In this document: positions 48,080-55,388 of the stretch, piece after piece
Position numbering within the stretch: position 1 is the first letter of the stretch
How the letters are laid out: every line of letters begins with the position of its first letter
Assembly: GCA_023485405.1 (NCBI GenBank)
Contig: JAMCZU010000032.1
Span: forward strand, 400-64,399
DNA length: 64,000 nt
Origin: Patescibacteria group bacterium
GTDB taxonomy: Bacteria > Patescibacteriota > UBA1384 > UBA12157 > JAENIV01
Direction of reading: 5' to 3'
Made by a program: the position numbers and the translations under genes
Notes under the pieces: model-generated
Told to the model about the DNA's origin: nothing
What the model saw: only the letters and a program-made list of their open reading frames with translations
Database searches by the model: none

Positions 48080-48819
48080 TGAAAAATAAATCATTATTTA
48101 TTTTAACCGTTACTTTTGTCATTATTTTGGGCATTGCAATATTTTTAATTAGACCAGTTGTCTCTTCAATCCTTGCTTCATATAAAGATTTATCTCAAAC
48201 AAAAGAAAATCTTAAATTAATTGAAGAAAAAAAACAGATTCTTGAATCTTTAAAAAGTAACCAAAACTTAACCAAAGTAGCTGACATTGCGGAAAAATAT
48301 ATTCCCAAAGAAGAAGAATCGGGTCAATTAATTATTGAATTAACTGCCATCGCCCAAGCTAATAACTTAAGAGTTGACCAAACCTCAATTGAAAAATCAA
48401 AAGATACTCCCACTGCTGATAGCACTGATACTAACACCACTGGTAAAGCAACGCCAACACCGTCATCTACCACTGCTGGTTCCACTATTAAAACAGTTAA
48501 TTTTACCGAAAAATTAAATGGCAGTTATGTTGACTTTATAAATTTTCTCAAAGCGCTGGAAGCAAGTTCACGATTAATTCTGGTAAAAAATATTTCAATG
48601 CAGACAAAAACCGAGCAAGGTAAACCCACCTCTTTCGATGTCCAGCTTTCTGGTTCGGCTTATTACAAAAGTAAAGTTGATTTAGAGCAAAATTTGACCA
48701 ACATTAAAATTACCGAAGAAACTTTAAATAAATTCTTAAATTTAAAAAGCTATGGTCAACCAATTAATCTGCCGGGCGAATCAGGTTTCGGTCGAACTAA
48801 TCCATTTGAGAGCTATTAA
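48076..48819 (+). CDS. pilO: PilO-like
   Basis: TM plus coiled coil; Thr-rich linker; gene order pilM-N-O. Confidence 0.6.
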   Translation: MMKNKSLFILTVTFVIILGIAIFLIRPVVSSILASYKDLSQTKENLKLIEEKKQILESLKSNQNLTKVADIAEKYIPKEEESGQLIIELTAIAQANNLRVDQTSIEKSKDTPTADSTDTNTTGKATPTPSSTTAGSTIKTVNFTEKLNGSYVDFINFLKALEASSRLILVKNISMQTKTEQGKPTSFDVQLSGSAYYKSKVDLEQNLTNIKITEETLNKFLNLKSYGQPINLPGESGFGRTNPFESY

Positions 48820-48908
48820 AGACTCACCAATAACTAATCTGAACGAATAACCAATAACAAATAAAATAGTATTAGTTATTAGATAAAATTAGTTATTAGC
48901 GTGGCTAC

Positions 48909-49289
48909 TTACTCGCCGAGGGCCTTTTTAATTTTGGCAATGACTTCACCAGGCATTGTTTCTGATTTAACAATATAGTCAGTCGCACCTAATTTTTTGC
49001 CCTGTGCCCGGTCAACATCTTGAATTAAAGCAGTCAGCATAATAATCGGTATATCTTTAAATTCTACGTCACCACGAAGATTCTTTAAAACATCAAAACC
49101 ATTTACTTTAGGCATCATGACATCTAAAATAACCAAGGCTGGTTTTATTTCTCGAGCTTTATTGAGTGCTTCTTCGCCATTTTTAGCTTGAACAATTGTA
49201 AAACCTTCGGCTTTGAGACGATCTTCGTACATTTCAAGTAATGTTAAATCGTCATCAACTAATAAAATTGTCTTTCCCGTCTGCTCCAT
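48909..49289 (-). CDS. single-domain CheY-like response regulator
   Basis: LLVDDD..., phospho-acceptor Asp in VILDVMMP, conserved T and K. Confidence 0.8.
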   Translation of the reverse strand: MEQTGKTILLVDDDLTLLEMYEDRLKAEGFTIVQAKNGEEALNKAREIKPALVILDVMMPKVNGFDVLKNLRGDVEFKDIPIIMLTALIQDVDRAQGKKLGATDYIVKSETMPGEVIAKIKKALGE

Positions 49290-49362
49290 AAAATTCCTTC
49301 TAGTTACAGTTACATTGTAACATGTAAATACAATCGGTCAAATTTGTCAAATCAATAGCTAA

Positions 49363-50088
49363 TCATTTGTTAACAATGAAGCGTAGATAAAAGAAGATAT
49401 CACTAGCGATAATTAAAAAAACAATCAAAACTAAAAAAAAGAGGACCAAAGATGAAGGTTTTTTTCGAGGTAGTGGTTCTGGTGGTGATTCTTTTAGTGC
49501 TAATGGTTCAAATTGAATTTCCGGTGATTCGGTCACATTTTGAGCCGAGGCGACCGGTGGAACAGGTGGCGGTGGAGGTGGTGGAGGGTTTTCTGGCGGT
49601 GGGGCAGCCGGTGGCGTAGCTGCTGGCGGTACGATTGGTGGGGCAGGATTTTCATTTTGCGGTTCAACATCCACCGCTTCAGTCACTGGTTTGGTTACCA
49701 CTTTTTTATGATACTTATTTAAAACATTTTCAATTTTTTTAATCACATCAGCCGGCATCACTTCTGATTTGATAATATAATCATCCGCGCCAGACTCAAT
49801 CGCCCGACTTTTGTTAATATCTCGAACTAGCGCCGACAAAATAATCACTGGTATATCTTTAGTCTGAGGATCGCTTTTAATTGAAGCTAATGTTTCGTAA
49901 CCATTGACTTTAGGCATCATAATGTCTAACAAAACAATGTCAGGTTTAACATGATGAATTTTGGCTAAACATTCTTCGCCATTACTCGATGTTTCCACCT
50001 TAAAACCGGCCAACTCCAACCTCTCCTTGTACATATCAAGGAGCATCTTGTCATCGTCAACCATTAAAACTTTAGTACTGTTGGGCAT
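49363..50088 (-). CDS. response-regulator receiver domain, proline-rich linker, C-terminal TM anchor (start at ATG 50088, not the upstream track Met)
   Basis: SD ggagggg then ATG CCC AAC (MPNSTKVLMVDDD); PPIVPPAATPPAAPPPENPPPPPPPP; C-terminal hydrophobic LVLFFLVLIVFLIIA. Confidence 0.6.
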   Translation of the reverse strand: MPNSTKVLMVDDDKMLLDMYKERLELAGFKVETSSNGEECLAKIHHVKPDIVLLDIMMPKVNGYETLASIKSDPQTKDIPVIILSALVRDINKSRAIESGADDYIIKSEVMPADVIKKIENVLNKYHKKVVTKPVTEAVDVEPQNENPAPPIVPPAATPPAAPPPENPPPPPPPPVPPVASAQNVTESPEIQFEPLALKESPPEPLPRKKPSSLVLFFLVLIVFLIIASDIFFYLRFIVNK

Positions 50089-50425
50089 TTCCCCTCCGCT
50101 CCGTGTTTTGCGTTCCTCACACGGAAGCAAAACCGGAAGTCCGCCAAAGTGAAATCTATTTGCAGATTCCAATAATTTGGATACTGCAAGAGATTGAACG
50201 CCGGCGGGTATCTACATTTATATATTTATTATACAACTAAATTTTGTGTCAAGCAACGTCAGTTGCACAATGGTCTTTTAAGCGAGCCATGTGTCTATCA
50301 AAGTAAATCGCGGAGCCGAGCGGGCAGGTGTGAACGCAGTGAACGAGCGAGGCGAGCGCTTAGGACCGATTTTCACGCTGGGAAAATCGAGTCCGGTACT
50401 TTGATGGACACTGGCGAGCGATCTC
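50089..50425. other. 337-nt region with no convincing ORF, GC-rich (~50%) at its pheS-proximal end; candidate ncRNA or structured leader
   Basis: the only ORF (50194..50472) is Arg-rich junk; contains stable hairpins (cgattttc..gaaaatcg, ccgtgt..acacgg); a TTGACA/TATAAT-like promoter for the response regulator sits near 50236-50262 (minus strand). Confidence 0.25.
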
Positions 50426-51148
50426 TTAAAACTGCTTTAAAAAACGTAAATCATTGGCATAAAAAACTCTAATATCAGAAATCCCATATTTCATCATTGT
50501 TAACCTATCTATGCCAACACCAAAAGCAAAACCAGAAACTTTTTCCGGATCATAATTTGCTGCCTTAAAAACATTTGGATGAACCATACCAGCACCCAAA
50601 AGTTCCACCCAACCGGTCTGTTTGCAAGTCTGACAACCCTTACCCCCACAAATAGTGCAACTGACATCCACTTCCATCCCTGGCTCCACAAAAGGAAAAT
50701 AACCTGGTCGCCATCTAATTTTTGTACTTTCGCCAAAAAACTCTTTGATAAATTGCGCTAAAGCGCCCTTTAAGTCAGCCATGGAAACATTTTTATCAAC
50801 TACTAGTCCTTCAATCTGGTAAAAATTGGGTGAATGGGAAGCATCGGCCGCATCACGACGAAAAACTTCTCCGGGAATAATAATTTTAAAAGGTGGTTGA
50901 TGTTTTTCCATATAAGCCACTTGGCCCGCCGAGGTTTGAGTGCGTAATACTTTGTTTTGTTGACCTTTAACCACAAAAGTGTCTTGCATGTCACGTGCAG
51001 GGTGGTCTTTCGGCATATTTAAGGCGTCAAAATTATACCATTCACTTTCGATATCTGGTCCTTCGACCATTTCAAAACCAAGCTTCTGGAAAATCGAAAC
51101 CAATTTTCGTTCGACTTGAGTTAAGGGGTGTAAATGACCTTTTAACAT
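50426..51148 (-). CDS. pheS: phenylalanyl-tRNA synthetase alpha subunit (short form)
   Basis: class II motifs (FRRDAADASHSPNFYQIEGL, GAGMVHPNV); no pheT follows. Confidence 0.9.
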   Translation of the reverse strand: MLKGHLHPLTQVERKLVSIFQKLGFEMVEGPDIESEWYNFDALNMPKDHPARDMQDTFVVKGQQNKVLRTQTSAGQVAYMEKHQPPFKIIIPGEVFRRDAADASHSPNFYQIEGLVVDKNVSMADLKGALAQFIKEFFGESTKIRWRPGYFPFVEPGMEVDVSCTICGGKGCQTCKQTGWVELLGAGMVHPNVFKAANYDPEKVSGFAFGVGIDRLTMMKYGISDIRVFYANDLRFLKQF

Positions 51149-51157
51149 AACCTTATT

Positions 51158-51586
51158 TTAGCAAGAGTGTATGTTAAATTCAAGAAATTGATTGACGGTG
51201 AGTATTTCAATATTTTTAAATTGCTTTAGTACTAACAAATGCTTATCACCTGTGACTAAATAACCCGCTCCTGCCATCAGCGCTGTTTCAATAATAAGAT
51301 TATCGTCTAGATCAGAAGAAATATTTTGCAAACTACCTCCTAATGGCACCATTTGGACCAATTCTAAAATTACTTCAATTAGTTCTTCGAGCTTTTCGTA
51401 AGGCAAGTTAAAATCTTCAGTCAACACCTCTTTTAATTCTTGTAATATGGCCATCGAACAAAAAATCTGGCATTTTTGTTGCGCCAGATCAATTGCTTTT
51501 TTGGGATTTCCGCCAAACAACACGGCCGAGATCCAAATATTGGTATCAAAAACAACTTTATTTTTCACCATACCGTCTTTCGGCAA
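51158..51586 (-). CDS. vapC: PIN-domain toxin (VapC-like)
   Basis: VVFDTNIWISAVLFGG and acidic residues of the PIN fold. Confidence 0.75.
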   Translation of the reverse strand: MPKDGMVKNKVVFDTNIWISAVLFGGNPKKAIDLAQQKCQIFCSMAILQELKEVLTEDFNLPYEKLEELIEVILELVQMVPLGGSLQNISSDLDDNLIIETALMAGAGYLVTGDKHLLVLKQFKNIEILTVNQFLEFNIHSC

Positions 51587-51821
51587 TAGCTTTATCTATC
51601 TTATCAGCATCGATTTTTTTACCTTTGGCAAATCTTTTTCCCCACCGAGAAATATTTTCCCAGTTCGATTTACTACGAATGTACTTTTTGGCACCAATCC
51701 GAAGAACATCGCTGCGGCTTAAAGCTTCTTTTTTGGCAAATTTGTCAATCTCATCAAGAGTTTGCTCCGTAAATGAAATATTGACTGTTTTTAAAACCAT
51801 TTTTATCCTTTCGCAACACAT
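51558..51821 (-). CDS. vapB: ribbon-helix-helix (CopG-like) antitoxin; probable start at the MVLKTVNISF Met
   Basis: KTVNISFTEQTLDEIDKFAKKEALSRSDVLRIGAKKY RHH pattern; overlaps vapC. Confidence 0.6.
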   Translation of the reverse strand: MCCERIKMVLKTVNISFTEQTLDEIDKFAKKEALSRSDVLRIGAKKYIRSKSNWENISRWGKRFAKGKKIDADKIDKAIAERRYGEK

Positions 51822-51959
51822 TAATTAATATATAAATAGTTGTTGCGCCCTCCATAGCTAAATCTATTTTGAGAAGAGAAATAATCATCTACTTCTCAAA
51901 GAGATTGAGCGAAGGATGGGCTATTCTTATAATATACAAATTTTGTATGTTTGTCAAAG

Positions 51960-52010
51960 TTACAACTCTTCGGCTTCTTTGGTGGGACGAGCCAGTGGTT
52001 TCATATCACC
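51960..52010 (-). repeat. punctuation repeat copy M1, encoding mini-ORF MKPLARPTKEAEEL (51960..52004) with its own SD
   Basis: ttacaactcttcggcttctttggtgggacgagccagtggtttcatatcacc; SD aggtga 3-4 nt before the ATG; minus-strand TTGACA-17-TATTAT promoter immediately downstream. Confidence 0.6.
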
Positions 52011-52011
52011 T

Positions 52012-52425
52012 TTATGTAATATTCGAGTTTTGATTCTGCGCCTTGAGATTATTCGGAAATAAATAGCTAATCAACCAAATAAAAATAATATTTGCAACTA
52101 TTAATGTAATAAAGAAATAAGAAAAATAAGTTATAAAGTTAAATTCCCAGGAACGGGAAAAGAAGTTACCAATAATTAAAATCATGATCAAGCTCCCTAA
52201 TTCACTTAATATTAAACTAAACCATCTTGCCCAAACTTTCCTTTTTATTTCACAGATAAAAATTAGTAACATAAAAATAAATATGGAATTTAAAGTGATC
52301 GCTTCAATAAAAAAGGTTATACTGAGACCAATATTATCATAACTTCCTGTTATACTGTTAGCCAATAAAAGTGATAATAAAGTTAAAAAGAATAAAGATA
52401 TCATGAAAATTATAAACTTACTCAT
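52012..52425 (-). CDS. small 4-TM membrane protein, unknown
   Basis: 137 aa, four hydrophobic helices. Confidence 0.4.
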   Translation of the reverse strand: MSKFIIFMISLFFLTLLSLLLANSITGSYDNIGLSITFFIEAITLNSIFIFMLLIFICEIKRKVWARWFSLILSELGSLIMILIIGNFFSRSWEFNFITYFSYFFITLIVANIIFIWLISYLFPNNLKAQNQNSNIT

Positions 52426-52642
52426 AACTTAGAATTCATTTTTTATTTTTATCCTTAAAGTTCTTCGGCTTTTGGGTTTAAATATTGCTCAATAATTTTA
52501 ATATTCTCTAAATCTTTTGGTATGTTCATCATCTTTTTCCAAGCAATCAAATCTTCAAGACGGATAAATTTAATTTTTTCAATTCATCTAATAAGTCTTT
52601 CATTTTGTCCTTTAGAAAAATTTAATCACAATACTAGTAAAA

Positions 52643-52981
52643 CTAACCTATTAAATAATCTATTATTCCAGTTAATATATACCATGTGGAGAAAAACATT
52701 AAAAATGAAGTTATTGTTACAGCCAATATTACAACAAAAGCATCACCAAACGAACGTCCTTCTCTTTTACATAAAATTAATTGAACAATTACCGAGATCA
52801 AACAAGTAAAGAAAATAAAAATTAGACCGTATATAAAAACACCTAAACTTGCCCCAAAGTCGCCATCGCCTATAATATAGTTATAAAATGAAAAACATAT
52901 TCCCACAACAGCTAAAAATGTTAGAACACTGCCGAAAATATATAAAGTTAACCTATTTTGTAACCAAGCTTCTCCATTCAT
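52643..52981 (-). CDS. small 3-TM membrane protein, unknown
   Basis: 112 aa; its start ATG overlaps the stop of mini-ORF M2 (TAATG). Confidence 0.4.
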   Translation of the reverse strand: MNGEAWLQNRLTLYIFGSVLTFLAVVGICFSFYNYIIGDGDFGASLGVFIYGLIFIFFTCLISVIVQLILCKREGRSFGDAFVVILAVTITSFLMFFSTWYILTGIIDYLIG

Positions 52982-53030
52982 TACAACTTCTCTGCCTCTT
53001 TGGACGGTTGAACTAATGGCTTCATATCGC
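52981..53030 (-). repeat. punctuation repeat copy M2, encoding mini-ORF MKPLVQPSKEAEKL (52981..53025)
   Basis: ttacaacttctctgcctctttggacggttgaactaatggcttcatatcgcc; in-frame with hicA, separated from it by a single TAA. Confidence 0.6.
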
Positions 53031-53037
53031 CTATTTT

Positions 53038-53268
53038 TTAGCCTTTAAGTAATCTACGAAATTCTTCAACTGAAAGACCAGCCCTTCTAATTTGCGAATG
53101 AAGTAATCCTGGGGCTAATTCTTTATGATTTGGTATTGAAAGCGGTGGTCGACCGGGACTGTTGGAATATAAAATCATATGGCTACCTTCTTGATGATCT
53201 AATTGATAGCCAATTTTTGAGAAAACTTTTACCGCTTTCTTACCAGAAATATTAGATAATATCCCCAA
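53038..53268 (-). CDS. hicA: HicA-family (YcfA-like) mRNA interferase toxin
   Basis: KVFSKIGYQLDHQEGSHMILYSN...PLSIPNHKELAPGLLHSQIRRAGL. Confidence 0.65.
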   Translation of the reverse strand: MGILSNISGKKAVKVFSKIGYQLDHQEGSHMILYSNSPGRPPLSIPNHKELAPGLLHSQIRRAGLSVEEFRRLLKG

Positions 53269-53517
53269 TTAAACTCCTACAGTTACATAACGAATTTCTT
53301 CAGATGGAACAATTTTGTGATGTTTTTTGATAACTTTTAAATATCCACTGATAGCTTCTTGAATATTTTTTAAAGCTTCTTCTTCGGTTTTCCCCTGACT
53401 CATACAGCCGGGAAGAGTTGGAGCATCAGCAATAAACCCCTCATATTCAGGATCATATTCTAGATAAATTTTGAATTTTTTCATTTTAAATCTCCGCAAT
53501 ATAAATATATCAGTCAA
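53269..53517 (-). CDS. hicB: HicB-family (UPF0150) antitoxin, TTG start
   Basis: YEGFIADAPTLPGCMSQGKTEEEALKNIQEAISGYL. Confidence 0.65.
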   Translation of the reverse strand: MTDIFILRRFKMKKFKIYLEYDPEYEGFIADAPTLPGCMSQGKTEEEALKNIQEAISGYLKVIKKHHKIVPSEEIRYVTVGV

Positions 53518-53560
53518 ACAAGCAATTGTAAATAATCATAATTTTCGATTATTTAATCAT

Positions 53561-53599
53561 TTACAACTCCTCGGCTTCTTTGGCTAGGATGAATAATAT
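53561..53599 (-). repeat. punctuation repeat copy M3 (degenerate; no ATG, peptide remnant ..ILAKEAEEL)
   Basis: ttacaactcctcggcttctttggctaggatgaataatattt. Confidence 0.5.
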
Positions 53600-54217
53600 T
53601 TAATTAAATTTAACAGTTGTTAAGATTTCTTGGAAATAAACAGGATCAGCTAGTCCGTCCTTTATGATAGCTAAAAGATAATGTCGGTCTTTCACAAATA
53701 TCTCAGTGGTCCCTTGTCCAAATCTTTGCTTTTCTGCTTGAGTCTCATTTAAAGCTTCGTGACTATCTATTGTTGTCATCGATGTTTGTCCGTCGGGATT
53801 TTCTTGTTGCCATTGCTTCGCCATATCATCAAACGATAAGTCATTAACATCACGAATATCACTCTCAGGCGAAACGCTACTATCAAATTGGGCATTAAAA
53901 CTAATCGCCTTAGCTTCTTGATCCGATAATATTTCTTTTGGATTATATTTCTCTGGTTGGACTGTTATCAATCCTAAATTACTGTCATATAAATACCAAT
54001 TAGAAGGATATTTAAAAGAATAGCCATATTTCGTATTTGCAAAAGTTTTCCAGTCAGAAGTATCGATATTTGGTGCTAGACTAGTAGAATTTGGAGTATT
54101 TGTTGGCGAAGTCTGAAATTTAGTCGAGCTATTTTTAGACAACCAAAAAATTACTCCTACCGATACTAACAATAGAACCCCCAAAATAATTAATAAAATC
54201 TTTAAAGTTTTGGTCAT
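53600..54217 (-). CDS. signal-anchored secreted protein, unknown
   Basis: N-terminal TM/signal then a polar 180-aa domain; its ATG directly abuts the stop of mini-ORF M4 (TTATAAATG). Confidence 0.4.
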   Translation of the reverse strand: MTKTLKILLIILGVLLLVSVGVIFWLSKNSSTKFQTSPTNTPNSTSLAPNIDTSDWKTFANTKYGYSFKYPSNWYLYDSNLGLITVQPEKYNPKEILSDQEAKAISFNAQFDSSVSPESDIRDVNDLSFDDMAKQWQQENPDGQTSMTTIDSHEALNETQAEKQRFGQGTTEIFVKDRHYLLAIIKDGLADPVYFQEILTTVKFN

Positions 54218-54262
54218 TTATAATTCTTCGGCTTCTTTGGGCGGCTGGGCTAATGGCTTCAC
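54218..54262 (-). repeat. punctuation repeat copy M4, encoding mini-ORF (V/M)KPLAQPPKEAEEL with GTG start
   Basis: ttataattcttcggcttctttgggcggctgggctaatggcttcac; GTG overlaps the TGA of the upstream gene (GTGA); closest in sequence to the kinase tail. Confidence 0.55.
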
Positions 54263-54555
54263 AACCCAAGCGATTTGGCAAATTCGATTACTTTTTCTTC
54301 AGTGATTTCGTTTACAACATAGGTAATACGAAAATAAACTTTATTATCTATTGTGTCAATGCTAAAAATCCCCGGAATATGATTATTCCCTTGGGTATAC
54401 TCAAGATACTCGCATAAGTCACTATGAAACTTTTTTAAAATATCTTGGTTTTTATCTAAAATTTCAAAATAAAGATCTCGACTTTTGAAATTAGCAAAGA
54501 TTGTAAAACCTCGTTTAAATTTGGGAATATCTTTTGGAAGAATTTGTTTAACCAT
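54259..54555 (-). CDS. hypothetical small protein
   Basis: 98 aa, no recognizable motif. Confidence 0.3.
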   Translation of the reverse strand: MVKQILPKDIPKFKRGFTIFANFKSRDLYFEILDKNQDILKKFHSDLCEYLEYTQGNNHIPGIFSIDTIDNKVYFRITYVVNEITEEKVIEFAKSLGL

Positions 54556-54634
54556 CTAATTGTATCCTTATATTTGTATTATATATTGAATTTGCAAATT
54601 TAAAAGGGATTAGTATTGAACTAACCCCCAAATG

Positions 54635-55294
54635 TTACCATACAAGAAAAGGCAATGCCGCAACAGAAATTACGGCGGCAGTATAAGCAATCGAGGAAGC
54701 AGCCCACGATGGTAAGGATGTTGACTGAGAAATTGCATCGCGTACTGTTTTTCGTATATTTGTAAAAGTGCCTCTTGTTGTTCGACAAAAACCGCTCGGT
54801 GGGTTCCAAATCCCAAACTGTGGACCATTTTGCCACCATGATATTAGATGAGCATTAAAGAGATCTTGGTTAGTCCACCTATCCTTAATATGCAAATTCA
54901 AATGCCAACCATTTCTTCCGATACAACCACCGACATTTCCTGGTTCCCAACGAATCATACAACGGTATCTGCCAACATTCCAACCAGCTCTCGTTTGAGA
55001 TTGAGTTTGAGATTGACTTACCTCTTCGACATCGAATTCAATATCAGACTCGTTTTGTGCTGACGCTGTTGCTACTACCTTCAACCGCTCAACTTCAGAA
55101 CCAGTTGGCTCATCGAAAGATGTTAACTGGAACTCTCCATTGTCATCACTAAAAATAACAATGGCGGATCCAGAATTTGTACTTTCTGCATCAGATGCTG
55201 ATCCTGTTGCAACAACCGTTTCATTGTGCCCACCGCCACCACCACAACCAGCAAGAATTACACAAACAACAAACAATACGAGTAATACTTTCAA
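54635..55294 (-). CDS. lipoprotein (TTG start at 55294; the track ORF extends upstream to 55333)
   Basis: SD aaaaggggga then TTG AAA GTA... giving MKVLLVLFVVCVILAGC with lipobox LAGC; GC-richer than neighbours. Confidence 0.5.
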   Translation of the reverse strand: MKVLLVLFVVCVILAGCGGGGGHNETVVATGSASDAESTNSGSAIVIFSDDNGEFQLTSFDEPTGSEVERLKVVATASAQNESDIEFDVEEVSQSQTQSQTRAGWNVGRYRCMIRWEPGNVGGCIGRNGWHLNLHIKDRWTNQDLFNAHLISWWQNGPQFGIWNPPSGFCRTTRGTFTNIRKTVRDAISQSTSLPSWAASSIAYTAAVISVAALPFLVW

Positions 55295-55388
55295 GGTACT
55301 TTCCCCCTTTTGATCGTGTAGCACTAAAAACAATACCAGCTATATTAAAAGGAATTTCTAATATTATGTCAATATTTTGAGTACTTTT

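Noticed and set aside
50194-50472. ORF encoding an Arg-rich 92-aa product in the GC-rich segment after pheS
   Set aside because: Composition-driven (Arg/Ala/Gly from GC-rich DNA), no start context, overlaps the pheS 3' end; the region is treated as non-coding.
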